Shown: positions 17,603 through 27,716 of the stretch, in pieces
How the letters are laid out: the number at the start of each line of letters is the position of its first letter
Numbering within the stretch: position 1 is the stretch's first letter
The notes under the pieces: model-generated
Told to the model about the DNA's origin: nothing
What the model saw: the letters and a program-made list of their open reading frames with translations, nothing else
The model's database searches: none
Made by a program: the position numbers and the translations under genes
Virus record (IMG/VR): IMGVR_UViG_3300020577_005800
Location: 6,044-70,043 of that record
Direction: 5' to 3' (one strand)
DNA length: 64,000 nt
From: a virus
Lineage: Duplodnaviria > Caudoviricetes

Positions 17603-18094
17603 ATGCCAGGATTTCGGGTTCTCAAGGAAAGCCGTATGACGCGGCATCGGTGCGCGGCGTCGCAGACCATCGCGGTCGGTGATCTCGTGTGCTTCAATTC
17701 GGCGGGTAACGTCGTGATCGCGGATGCGACCAGCACCAAGATTCTTGGTGTGGCAGGCTCGGCGGTGACGAGTTCGGCCGCGAATGATCCAATTCTCGTG
17801 TACGACGATCCGGCTGCGGAGTTCCTCTGCAAGGCGGACAACTCGGCCCAGGCCACGCAGACCAAGGTCGGTGAGACCCACGACATCGTGGTTTCGAGCG
17901 GCACCTTCCTCGCGGATCTGGACGCGACCGCCACGAACGTTCTGTTCGTGAAGCGCGGCGTCTCGGCCGACTTCGATCCGCTGCTCACGGGCCGCACGAT
18001 CGAGGGCAGCACTGGCGCGGGCAACTGGACTCCTGCGTGGGATTCCACCGCATACATCGTCGTGCAGATCGCGGCGCACGAACTCAAGGCGTAA
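17603..18094 (+). CDS. Capsid cement/decoration protein
   Basis: IAVGDLV...KILGVA...VYDDP beta-rich pattern directly before the major capsid; AAGGAGG RBS. Confidence 0.7.
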   Translation: MPGFRVLKESRMTRHRCAASQTIAVGDLVCFNSAGNVVIADATSTKILGVAGSAVTSSAANDPILVYDDPAAEFLCKADNSAQATQTKVGETHDIVVSSGTFLADLDATATNVLFVKRGVSADFDPLLTGRTIEGSTGAGNWTPAWDSTAYIVVQIAAHELKA

Positions 18095-18142
18095 TAGTCC
18101 TGAGTTTCCTCAATCCACTCACCTTCCGTTAGGAGGTAGATC

Positions 18143-19075
18143 ATGTCCGGACAGGCTTCAATTGCGGGCCTCCCACGGGAGGTCGACGATCGGTATCGTG
18201 CCCATTTCTTCGAGGCGTGGGACGTTCGTCTCGACGAGGCTCTCCCCCTCGTTCGTCAGACGTTCCTTCAGGGTGATGATCGCTATCGCGTGAACGAGAA
18301 CTATCTCGGCCTCGCGACTGCTCCGCTGTCGAACGAAGGCGCGAAGTATGATTACTTTGCTCCGTCGGCCGGCAAGGAGACGATCGTCACCACGGATATC
18401 TACAAGTTCGGCATGAAGGCCACCGAGGAGCTTCGTCTCTTTGGCCGGTCGCGCATCGTCGAGCGGTATCCGGAACTGATGGCGGCGGTCATGGATCACA
18501 CCGTCAAGGTGATGATCTTCGACATGCTGAATCGCGCGTTCAACACCTCGTACCCGACCAAGTACGACACCACCAAGCCGCTCTGCGCGACGGATCATCC
18601 GCTCGCTGGTGGCGGCACGGGCTCGAATGCTCTCGCGACGCCAGCGGACCTCTCGGAGACGACTGCCGAGGCGATGCTCGAACTGCTCGCGCGTACCCCG
18701 AACGAGACGGGTATCGTGGGCAATTCGTACAAGCCGCGTCTGCTCGTCACGTCGCAGGCCAACTGGGGCAACAACGTTCGCCTGACCGGCTCGGAGTATA
18801 CCACGGATGTGTCGAGCAATCGTGGTCCGAACACCATCAGCGCGATCGCGAAGTCCTACAAGCTCCAGACGTACGTCAACCCGCTCCTGTCGGATGCGGA
18901 TGCGACGTTCCTCCTGAGCGATCAGAGCCCGCTCAACGTCGTGTGGGCGCGACTCCCAGTGCTCTACCCGGGCTTCGTCATCCAGGGTACGGATGACTGG
19001 GCCTGGCACGTCAAGATGCAACTGGCCGTGATCGCCGACAACTGGCGAGGCATCATCGGCACTGCTGGCGCGTAA
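18143..19075 (+). CDS. Major capsid protein (Mu gpT-like, HK97 fold)
   Basis: 310 aa; KPLCATDHPL, PRLLV, NPLLSDADATFL and NWRGIIGTAGA end motif. Confidence 0.9.
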   Translation: MSGQASIAGLPREVDDRYRAHFFEAWDVRLDEALPLVRQTFLQGDDRYRVNENYLGLATAPLSNEGAKYDYFAPSAGKETIVTTDIYKFGMKATEELRLFGRSRIVERYPELMAAVMDHTVKVMIFDMLNRAFNTSYPTKYDTTKPLCATDHPLAGGGTGSNALATPADLSETTAEAMLELLARTPNETGIVGNSYKPRLLVTSQANWGNNVRLTGSEYTTDVSSNRGPNTISAIAKSYKLQTYVNPLLSDADATFLLSDQSPLNVVWARLPVLYPGFVIQGTDDWAWHVKMQLAVIADNWRGIIGTAGA

Positions 19076-19458
19076 TGAGATTAACCGTCGGGAGTGATGG
19101 GCGAGACCATCGCCCGACGTGTCCTCAGTGCCGGCAGCGTCCACTTAATCAAACCTGGGTGAACGCTGCCGGCATACGCTCCTATCGTTCTTTGTGCGAA
19201 TTATGCCGTCGAGAGAAGGTGGGCAAAGGCAAGAATAGCGGAATTCGTGGCTATCGCTGGAGAGCCCTACAAACCTATCCGCACGTTTGTGTTCGCTGTG
19301 GCTTCATACCCGAACACGTTTGTCAGATTCACGTTGACCACATCAACGGAAATCATCACGATAATCGTCCCGAGAATTGGCAATTGCTTTGTGCTAATTG
19401 CCATGAACTCAAGACGGTGCTCAGTGGAGATCGTTTTCAGAAACGGGAGAGCGGCTGA
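19075..19458 (+). CDS. HNH endonuclease
   Basis: CVRCG...HVDHINGNHHDNRPENWQLLCANCH. Confidence 0.92.
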   Translation: MRLTVGSDGRDHRPTCPQCRQRPLNQTWVNAAGIRSYRSLCELCRREKVGKGKNSGIRGYRWRALQTYPHVCVRCGFIPEHVCQIHVDHINGNHHDNRPENWQLLCANCHELKTVLSGDRFQKRESG

Positions 19459-20432
19459 TGTCGAACTACAACGTGCTGATTTACCAGCAGGGAGGCACGT
19501 TGCACCTTGATGAGGTGCTACCGGACCAGCCGACTGCTGCGACTATCACGATCACTACGCTGGCTGGTCAGGCTCTCTCCACCATTCATTCGTCGTTCGA
19601 TGACGTGTCGGCGGCGGCCTGCACTTTGGATAATTTGGTCCTGACACTCCCGGCGAAGTCTCAGCCGTGGAAGACGGTCGCACCCAGCGGAACGGCGGGG
19701 ACCATCGGTGACATGACCGCGGAAGGCCGCCGCTTTTTGCTCAATCGAGGTGGACGCAAACTCTACGTCAAGGTGAGCGAGTTCGACACGGCTCTTGGCG
19801 CTGTGACGGAAGTTCGCTTCGACGAAGGGATTGATTTCAGCCTCAAGGTCGGAGACACGCTCAAGGGCATTCGTGTTTCATACGCCGTGGATTGGTCGGA
19901 TGTGACCGACGATTTCACGGGTCGAGTCATGGCTACTTGGCGTGTAACGGTCGGCGGTGTGGTTTATCCATTTCGCCGAATCTATGACGTGGTTCGCCAG
20001 ACTCTTCATTGCCCGGCTACGTGGGCCGATGTCGTGCGTCTCCGCAAGGATGCGGACAATGAACTGTCCCAGGTGAAGGACAAGGAGTCGCTCGTGCGGC
20101 AGGCGTGGGACGAAATCGTTCGAGACCTGTATGCGTCGGGTATTCGACACAATCTCGTCGTGCAGGACGGGTCGACTGTTCTTCGTGACGCGACGGTAAT
20201 TCAGACCATTCGCAATGCTGTCTTCCATCAGTCGTTGCCAATTCCGCCTGGGTATATCGGGCAGGCCGAGGACTACATCAAGATGCTGGAAAGGGACCGC
20301 TCGTCCATCCTCGGCGTGTTCCGGCCTGCTATTGATGAAGATCAGGACGGCACCGTGCAGACTAACGAGGTCGCTCAGTCTCCTCGTCGTGTGTGGTTCC
20401 GCAGGGTTGCGATGCCGAAGGGGAATGACTAA
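19458..20432 (+). CDS. Head-tail connector/adaptor-region protein
   Basis: Position between capsid and tail genes; 324 aa. Confidence 0.55.
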   Translation: MSNYNVLIYQQGGTLHLDEVLPDQPTAATITITTLAGQALSTIHSSFDDVSAAACTLDNLVLTLPAKSQPWKTVAPSGTAGTIGDMTAEGRRFLLNRGGRKLYVKVSEFDTALGAVTEVRFDEGIDFSLKVGDTLKGIRVSYAVDWSDVTDDFTGRVMATWRVTVGGVVYPFRRIYDVVRQTLHCPATWADVVRLRKDADNELSQVKDKESLVRQAWDEIVRDLYASGIRHNLVVQDGSTVLRDATVIQTIRNAVFHQSLPIPPGYIGQAEDYIKMLERDRSSILGVFRPAIDEDQDGTVQTNEVAQSPRRVWFRRVAMPKGND

Positions 20433-20911
20433 TGGCAATGGATTGCGTCATGCGAGGAATTTATACCTTTCTGTGTCGGGATGCGGACACAGGAGAAGGC
20501 GGCCTCGCGCCCACGACCACTGACCTCCATGCTGATTGCTTCTCGCGCTACATGGAGCATCGACTGGATGTCGTGATGGGCGAGGCTATCGATCGCAAGG
20601 TGCAAATTGAATACGGCGGGCTTTCGGAGATGCCTCCACTCGCCAATGGCACCGGGACGAAACGTCGCCGCATCTTCAAAATCAACATTCGTATCGGGTA
20701 CTTCGCAGGGGATCACAATGACGAAACCCACGCCGTCATTGCGGCCGATGACCATCTGATTCAGGTGGAGATTGCCCGTCCGGCCAATTACCCAGCGTCT
20801 TGCGAGGGCATTTGCGTCGAAGGTATCATCCCGTTGTCGAGTGAAGTGATCACTCTCGACACCAATCGCTACATTCTGGAAATCACGGCGCGGGTCCAGG
20901 TCTACGGATAA
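20432..20911 (+). CDS. Tail terminator-like protein
   Basis: Position just before the tail tube; beta-rich C-terminus. Confidence 0.45.
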   Translation: MAMDCVMRGIYTFLCRDADTGEGGLAPTTTDLHADCFSRYMEHRLDVVMGEAIDRKVQIEYGGLSEMPPLANGTGTKRRRIFKINIRIGYFAGDHNDETHAVIAADDHLIQVEIARPANYPASCEGICVEGIIPLSSEVITLDTNRYILEITARVQVYG

Positions 20912-20932
20912 TCGGCCGGGAGGTAGGTCACC

Positions 20933-22351
20933 ATGACGACAGGCAAGCGCTCTGAGTTTTTCTCGCTGTGGTATATGCCAGAGGCGTCCTACGGGACTGA
21001 CCCGGGCATCGTTGCGGCCACCGATGTGACTGGTGGTACGGGCGCTGAAACGTACATGCTCCAGCCCAACGCGACCTATCGCGCCTATGCGCGACTCGCG
21101 GAGAAGCCCTCGGGCCTTCCCAAGCAGCCGCTTGTCGAAGTTCCCCAGGTGTTTTCGACCCACGATTTCGATACCTGCAAGGCACTCGGAATCAAGGATT
21201 CGGGCGAAGTCACGTTCACGTTCAACATGCACGGCACGGTGACGGACTACGGGTCGACGGGCAATACCGGGCGCACCCAGCCGCCGCCGTGGCTTCGACT
21301 CGCGGGTAGTGCGCTCGGCAAGCTCCTGGGTAATATCACCGGCCAGTCTGGCGGTACGGCAGACACCGTGGCGGGCGTACCTACCGACGGCGATACCTTC
21401 CCAGTCACCACGGGCACGGTCGACGAGGGCCACGTCATCGGAATGAATGGCCCAGGTACGAGCGTCGACTTCGAGATCCTCCGACCAACTGCGGTGGGCT
21501 CGGCGACCACGATTACTGCGTCGGCATACTACGGGGTGACCTTCGGGTTCACTGCCACGCCGGTTGCCGCGGAAGCGGTCTATTACGCTTGTCAGGCGGC
21601 GTTCGACAAGCGTTTCGAGGATGTGTCGGAGTCGTTCACGCTGCTTCTTCAGCGGCCTGATTCTGCGGCGACTCTGCTCATCACGGGTGCTCGCGCGAAT
21701 TCGTGGGAAATCACGACTGCCGTTGGCACGGTGCCGAAGATCAAGATCAGCTTCATCTACAAGAACTTCGCGTACACCACGGACACCATCGACGCCGAGC
21801 CCGATTACTACTCGAACGTCTATCCGTGCAGCCATGTGACTCAGGGTGCGAAGCTCTGGCTCGTTTGGGACAACAACAATGACGGCTCGATTGGCGCGAC
21901 GGAGCGCAAGACCGACATGGAGATTGCCAGCGCTTCCATCAAGTGGAACGCGGGCTATACGCGCCGGAAGGCCAGCACCGCAAGCAACGGCATCTCGGAG
22001 GTCATGTCGACTGGCATGAGCACGTTCGAGATGAGTTTCGAGGTCCTGTACAACCACGACTGGCAGCGCTATCTCGGTCTCTGCTGCTCGGATGTCTTCG
22101 GCTCGCTGGCGGTCGCCTACTGGGAGCCGCAGGTGAATTTCATCCGGACGGCTGCGAGCACTCTGCGCACGGGTGCGTGGTTCTGTTTCGTGACGGCCGC
22201 GCACATGATCGAGGATCCGGGCACCGAAGGTTCGCAGGATGGCGTGATGGGCCAGACCATTCGCCTGTCGGCGGGCAACTACAGCGGCGATACGGGCAAC
22301 TTCGCCACCACGACCCACGTGGATACGAAGTTCGTCATCGGCGTCGTCTAA
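20933..22351 (+). CDS. Major tail (tube) protein
   Basis: EASYGTDP N-terminal motif, Thr/Gly-rich, directly upstream of the chaperone and tape measure. Confidence 0.7.
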   Translation: MTTGKRSEFFSLWYMPEASYGTDPGIVAATDVTGGTGAETYMLQPNATYRAYARLAEKPSGLPKQPLVEVPQVFSTHDFDTCKALGIKDSGEVTFTFNMHGTVTDYGSTGNTGRTQPPPWLRLAGSALGKLLGNITGQSGGTADTVAGVPTDGDTFPVTTGTVDEGHVIGMNGPGTSVDFEILRPTAVGSATTITASAYYGVTFGFTATPVAAEAVYYACQAAFDKRFEDVSESFTLLLQRPDSAATLLITGARANSWEITTAVGTVPKIKISFIYKNFAYTTDTIDAEPDYYSNVYPCSHVTQGAKLWLVWDNNNDGSIGATERKTDMEIASASIKWNAGYTRRKASTASNGISEVMSTGMSTFEMSFEVLYNHDWQRYLGLCCSDVFGSLAVAYWEPQVNFIRTAASTLRTGAWFCFVTAAHMIEDPGTEGSQDGVMGQTIRLSAGNYSGDTGNFATTTHVDTKFVIGVV

Positions 22352-22433
22352 TCAACTGAGCGAGGGTTCCTTCCACACTGGAAGGATTAAATTGGCGAAA
22401 GACTACCAAGCCCTCGCTCTTTCCGGAGGAACT

Positions 22434-22919
22434 ATGGCGCGTCAAGCGAAGATGCTGGCCTCATCGGCGAAGATCAAGTTCATCGCGTACGATGATTCGG
22501 CCATCAAGCAGGATGAGACGATCGTCGAGAGGTATCGCGAATATCTCAAGTCGGGCGATCACACGAAGCTCGAACTCGATCCGGACAAGTCTCCGGCGTA
22601 CTACTACTTTCGGCCGCTCAAGGCTCAGTGGTTGCATGAGTTGAATCTCGCGCTCCAGCCCGACAGCGATCCGAGCGAGATGTACGAAGCCGGGAAGACC
22701 TTTCTGGCTCAGATTCTCATTGGGTGCGATGACCATCCAATGGTGACTGAGTTCCAGGACAACGGCGAACTCATCTCCGAGCACGTGAAGTGGGAGCCCG
22801 GCACCCCCGCACGCGAGGGTCTCGTGGCATCCATCCTTGCTGACGAGATGTTCTGCTCGTACGCGACGATGTACCTGTACAACATCAGCCGCCTCACGGA
22901 GACGGAAAAAAAGCGATAA
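22434..22919 (+). CDS. Tail assembly chaperone (gpG-like)
   Basis: GGAGGA RBS, ATG 22434 (alternative TTG 22392); ends at the slippery sequence. Confidence 0.75.
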   Translation: MARQAKMLASSAKIKFIAYDDSAIKQDETIVERYREYLKSGDHTKLELDPDKSPAYYYFRPLKAQWLHELNLALQPDSDPSEMYEAGKTFLAQILIGCDDHPMVTEFQDNGELISEHVKWEPGTPAREGLVASILADEMFCSYATMYLYNISRLTETEKKR

Positions 22920-23275
22920 AGCTGGTCTGTTGGCAGGATGACTGGCCGTGGTTGAAGCAGAAATGCCATGCCTGCGGCGGCGCCAAAGAGTCAGACGAGG
23001 TAGTCAGGAAGAACCTCGGCTGTGACGGACCAGCGAAATTCCCCCATGTTCTTCCTTGCGGAAATGAGAAAATCGAGTTGCCGGGCTGTCCTCGTAGAGC
23101 GATGGAGCCGGCGCTAGATTTCATGCGTGTTTTCCGATGGTCTGAGAAGGGACGACTCCAGTACCTCTATCCGAGCGGCGATCTACCTGCGAAGATGGGC
23201 GAGGCACTGGATATGATTGAATCTCAGATTGACGCGCGAATGGCCCGCAAGATGGAGGCGCAGGAGAACAAATGA
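22907..23275 (+). CDS. -1 frameshift extension of the tail chaperone (gpGT-like)
   Basis: A AAA AAG heptamer at 22907-22913; the -1 frame is open to TGA at 23275, overlapping the tape measure ATG. Confidence 0.85.
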   Translation, partial: KKAIKLVCWQDDWPWLKQKCHACGGAKESDEVVRKNLGCDGPAKFPHVLPCGNEKIELPGCPRRAMEPALDFMRVFRWSEKGRLQYLYPSGDLPAKMGEALDMIESQIDARMARKMEAQENK

Positions 23276-26200
23276 GTCGTACCGCCCAGGCAAGATTGCA
23301 GGTTCAGGTCGAAGATTCGGCCTTGGATAGTCACGTCACGAAGGTGAAGACGACGCAAACTGCCTGGGCGGACCTCAAGCAGAATCTTGTCGATGTGGCG
23401 CAAACCGATTTCAAGGCAGCGACCGCAGGCATGGGCGAACTCTCTAAGCATCTGGAGAGCATCGTCAAGTCTGTGCGCGGCGTGAAGGGAGGTCTTGGGG
23501 CGTCGTTTGGGCAGATCGGCACTGCGGCGAAGGACGCTGCTCCTCACGTTCATGCAATCGCGACAAGCGCTCAGAATCTTGCTCCTGCGGCTGAACAGGT
23601 TGCTATCAAGGTGCGCGATTGGGCCAAGGCGCAGAATGCCTTGAATCGGTCGTTGAACACGACGGTCGATCGTGCGGACTCGCTTATCAAGCAGCAAGGA
23701 GCGCTCGACGCTCATTTCAATAAATTTGGCGTCCAGATGGCCTCGTTCAACGCGGCGCTCAGGAGCCAGGGTCAGCAGCTTCTTCAGGTTGTTCAGGCGT
23801 TCGCTGCCTTCAACAAGGCCACGCAGCAAGCCGCCAAGAACCAGAAGGCCGCCGCCGAGGAGTCTAAGGGTTTCTGGGCCACGCTGGCCTCGGCCGAGCG
23901 CACCTTCATCCGTCACGCTACCACGATGTTCATTTTCGGTCAGTGGATTACCGAAATCCACGAGGGCATGCGGTCTGCGGCGCAGCTTGCCGACCTGAAT
24001 AATACGCTGGGCAAGTCCGTTGAGGGCTTCACGCAGAAGATGGAGGACGCGCAGGAGGCGACCAAGGGAACGGTCACTGAACTTGAACTGGCTAAGAATC
24101 TCGCACTCATGTCGAGCTTCGACATCCCGATCGACAAGTTTGCCCAGAACATGGGTTTGATTCAAAAGCTGTCGATCCGCACCGGACAAGACGCCACGTT
24201 CCTGATGGAGTCGTTCTCGCGCGGTATCTCGCGTTTGAGCCCGGCGATTCTGGATAACCTCGGTCTTCAGGTCAGCCTCAAGCAGTCGTACGAAGCCTTT
24301 GCTGCGTCGGTCGGCAAAAGCACCGATGCACTCACCGCGCAGGAAAAGAAGATGGCGGTGATGAACGAGGTTATTCGACAGGCCAAGGATCTGACTAAGG
24401 ATGTTGATCCTGCTACGTCGCTTCAGGCCCGTCTCGATCGAATGACCGCGAAGATTAGCGACTTTTTCACCAATCTCAAGAAGGACATCCTGGAAGGGCT
24501 GACTTATGCCTTTGCGGACGCGGCAGATCGCGCCGGCATCATGGCCGATAAAACGGCAATCGCTCTGAAGAACCTCCGAGACATGGGCAAGGTCGGGAAG
24601 AAAGACAACGACGTTGTGGGTAATGAGTCGTTTAACGCCATGGCTGGCTGGGCTCAGAACATGGTTGTTTCCGACTTTATGAAAGACCGGAACGCCGTCG
24701 ACTTCTTCACCAAGCAGAAGTTGAAGGATATGTACGACCTCAAGGTGTTGGCTGAATTGACTCTGCCGGAATTGGAGGCTGTGCAGGCGGCTCATAAGCG
24801 CGAAGCTGATATGTACAATGTCGCCGCTATCGCTGCGGAACGCGCTCGTGATATGCGCATCGAAGCGGCTCGCGCGTACGAGGAATTTCGCAAGGCCCAG
24901 GCCGAGGGTGAGGATACAAACTCCGAAGACATGCAGGAGTTGTGGTCCTCCTACGCTGTAAATTCGACGGGCGAAGGCGTCTATCAAAAGTTTGCCGAGC
25001 GCGGTCTCTCGGAACTGAAGTTGGTCGAGAAGGCTTTCGAGGATGTGAAGGAGAAAGCCAAGCAATTCCAAGACACAGCCTCACAGGACGCATATCTCCA
25101 GCAGATGAACGATAAACTGGAGCACTGGCGCGCCGAGATCGTTCGCGTGTTCAATCAGGATCTTTCCGTTGATGCGATTCAGGACGCTCTCGGTCCCTAC
25201 ATGGATGGATGGGGAGGCAGATGGGCCAGCACTGCCCAGACTATTGCGGAGTTCGACAAGGAGACCGTGGAATCGGTCAATAAGACCTCGGCCGAATTCA
25301 AGAAGAGGAACGCTGAGCAGCGTAAGTTGATCGATGGCGCGACTGATTTGGTGCAGTCGGAACGCGATATTCTGTCGTCCATGCAGGGCCAGACTCAGAT
25401 TCAGATTGAGTACGCCAAATTGAAGCAAAATGCCGAGGAGCAGGAGAAGAAGTTCCTCGAAATGCGCAAAGAGTCTCACGTCTTGGACGTGGAGAACGGC
25501 AAGTACACGGTCGAACAGGTACAGGCTCAGGCCAAAATCGCGGCGGATGCGCTGGCTAATCTCCAGAGCATGGAGCGCAAGGTCGAACTCGATAAGCAAG
25601 TCACGCGATATATGACCGAGACTTCGTTCTTGAGCAAGCAGGCTCAGGAAGCCGAAGCTCGGGCGCTCGCCAACGGAATGACTCGTTTGCAGGTCGAGAA
25701 GAAGTTCCTGGAGAACCGCGAAGCCGTTAAGCAGATGACGATTCAGTTGGCTCTCGCGGAGGCTGCTCTCGCGATTGCTATCGGTGCTGGCGACAAGGTG
25801 ATGCAAGCGGTCGCTACCGGACAGATCACCGACTACAAGGCCATCATTGAGCAATTGAAGAAGGATCTGGTGTTCTACGGTAACACGCTGGAGCGATTCC
25901 CGAAGGGCAGCGGAGGAAAGAAGGACAAGAAGGAAGAACTCGCGAAGTGGAAGGGCGCGGAGCATGAGGATTTGGAATTCCGACGACTCGGAGTAACCCA
26001 GGTCGGCAATGCCATTCACGTCTGGCAGGAGCAGTACGTTCAGGAGTGGGACAAGGGCTGGAATCAGTGGCTTGAGCCGCAACTCAAGGAGCGCAAGGAC
26101 AAGCTCTGGAAGATGTTGGTCAACCCCGACTTCGGAGACGATACGGCGTCCAATTTCGGGACGGGCGGGCGTGCTTTCTTCAACCTTGGAGGCGATTCGC

Positions 26201-26880
26201 TTCTCGGTGAGAATGTCCAGGGCATGATCGACAAGAACAAGGAGTCGATCGCTGAGATGATGTCGATGATGACTGAAGAGAATATGCCCATTCTCTCTCA
26301 GTATATCGAGCAGTTGTACGCAGCCAATCGACCACTCGAAGAACACATGAAGCTGATGCACGATCTCTCCACGGTCATTGGAGATATCGGTATTGGTATC
26401 GAGAACGCTTTCGGTGGAGGTGCTGAACTCATTGGCGAAGATTGGCTAAATTCGCTCGACGCACTGGGTACGTCGCTGGGTAACATTTCTCAGGCGCTTG
26501 CCGAGAACGCTAGCGGCTATGACCTCGTGTCTGCCGCGCTTCCGGCCATGCGCACTTTCACGAAAGAGTTCATCAAGGACCAGCGCACCCGCGCCGGTAT
26601 CGAGGCACTGATGAATGCCGCCGCTGCATGGGCCGCCTGGGGCAACTGGCCGAAGGTCGCTGCTCATACTACCGCTGCTGTCATGTACGGCATGGTTGCT
26701 GGGGGTATCGGACTCAAGCTCCCCTCGAAGCAGGCGAAGGACGAGAAGGATGCCGCGAACTATTCTGGTGCTCCTATTCACCTTCACCTCTATGGAGAAA
26801 TGGTAATGACCGAAGGCGAGCGAGGCGCCATGATGGAGCGCGCTGTTCAGCTTGCGCGGTCGGAAGGGAGAATTCAGTAA
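23272..26880 (+). CDS. Tape measure protein
   Basis: 1202 aa, Ala-rich and helical; SRLSPAILDNLGL motif; hydrophobic C-terminal segments. Confidence 0.92.
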   Translation: MSRTAQARLQVQVEDSALDSHVTKVKTTQTAWADLKQNLVDVAQTDFKAATAGMGELSKHLESIVKSVRGVKGGLGASFGQIGTAAKDAAPHVHAIATSAQNLAPAAEQVAIKVRDWAKAQNALNRSLNTTVDRADSLIKQQGALDAHFNKFGVQMASFNAALRSQGQQLLQVVQAFAAFNKATQQAAKNQKAAAEESKGFWATLASAERTFIRHATTMFIFGQWITEIHEGMRSAAQLADLNNTLGKSVEGFTQKMEDAQEATKGTVTELELAKNLALMSSFDIPIDKFAQNMGLIQKLSIRTGQDATFLMESFSRGISRLSPAILDNLGLQVSLKQSYEAFAASVGKSTDALTAQEKKMAVMNEVIRQAKDLTKDVDPATSLQARLDRMTAKISDFFTNLKKDILEGLTYAFADAADRAGIMADKTAIALKNLRDMGKVGKKDNDVVGNESFNAMAGWAQNMVVSDFMKDRNAVDFFTKQKLKDMYDLKVLAELTLPELEAVQAAHKREADMYNVAAIAAERARDMRIEAARAYEEFRKAQAEGEDTNSEDMQELWSSYAVNSTGEGVYQKFAERGLSELKLVEKAFEDVKEKAKQFQDTASQDAYLQQMNDKLEHWRAEIVRVFNQDLSVDAIQDALGPYMDGWGGRWASTAQTIAEFDKETVESVNKTSAEFKKRNAEQRKLIDGATDLVQSERDILSSMQGQTQIQIEYAKLKQNAEEQEKKFLEMRKESHVLDVENGKYTVEQVQAQAKIAADALANLQSMERKVELDKQVTRYMTETSFLSKQAQEAEARALANGMTRLQVEKKFLENREAVKQMTIQLALAEAALAIAIGAGDKVMQAVATGQITDYKAIIEQLKKDLVFYGNTLERFPKGSGGKKDKKEELAKWKGAEHEDLEFRRLGVTQVGNAIHVWQEQYVQEWDKGWNQWLEPQLKERKDKLWKMLVNPDFGDDTASNFGTGGRAFFNLGGDSLLGENVQGMIDKNKESIAEMMSMMTEENMPILSQYIEQLYAANRPLEEHMKLMHDLSTVIGDIGIGIENAFGGGAELIGEDWLNSLDALGTSLGNISQALAENASGYDLVSAALPAMRTFTKEFIKDQRTRAGIEALMNAAAAWAAWGNWPKVAAHTTAAVMYGMVAGGIGLKLPSKQAKDEKDAANYSGAPIHLHLYGEMVMTEGERGAMMERAVQLARSEGRIQ

Positions 26881-27716
26881 TGGCGGCACCGACCTGTCAG
26901 TCTAGTTTGTTCATGGGGGATTGCCTCGCGGACATGGAGTACGAGTTCGAGGTCTACTACGACGGCATCTACCAAAGCACTGTGAGTCTTCAAAAAGGGT
27001 CTTGGTTCGCTAATGCGTGGGTGTTCTGGGCTTGGATGGCGGTTCAGATTGGTAGTGGAGGTGCGGAGCCTCGTCTCTATATGGGAGGTTCCTTTGACGA
27101 TCGAATTACTCGACAGATGTTAGTAGCCATCCTAGACAATCTCTATACCACGGTCTGTGTAACAGGCAGCGGCACTTTCCTGGACGAAATCGGATACCCC
27201 AATTACGCCAGTTATGAGGCTTATGCGCCTAACTGCACGTGGCACACTACCTATCCAATCAGCCAGTTCGATCGAGGAATGGTTAATTTGGACGGCACCA
27301 CGACTCGGGGACATAACGGGACCAACTATTCGATTCGCGGGTTGACGCAGGGTCATAGACGCATCAGCGTCACTTTGGACCAGACTGTCTCCGAGCAGTA
27401 TGACCGGAATTGCTGGCTGGAGATTTGGAGAAAGCGCTGGCGCGTAGGTCGATCGGTTTCCTGCTGGCCGCTCTTTGCAGATGAACTTACAAACGGAGAC
27501 TTCACGGATACCGCTTCGGGACCTGATTACGATCCGTCCCAGTTCGGACGCTTCGAGATTCTGGTGTGCGCCCCTTCTGCCGATGAACATTGGAAGATTC
27601 GTCGATTGGTTGAGACACGAAATACGGTGTCGATGCAGGACGAATACGACTTCTATGTCCGACCCGATGTGCCTCTGGACGTGCCCATTAAACCTCAAAC
27701 CTACAGGATCTTCTAA
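26880..27716 (+). CDS. Tail-tip (distal tail-like) protein
   Basis: ATG overlaps the tape measure TAA. Confidence 0.6.
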   Translation: MAAPTCQSSLFMGDCLADMEYEFEVYYDGIYQSTVSLQKGSWFANAWVFWAWMAVQIGSGGAEPRLYMGGSFDDRITRQMLVAILDNLYTTVCVTGSGTFLDEIGYPNYASYEAYAPNCTWHTTYPISQFDRGMVNLDGTTTRGHNGTNYSIRGLTQGHRRISVTLDQTVSEQYDRNCWLEIWRKRWRVGRSVSCWPLFADELTNGDFTDTASGPDYDPSQFGRFEILVCAPSADEHWKIRRLVETRNTVSMQDEYDFYVRPDVPLDVPIKPQTYRIF

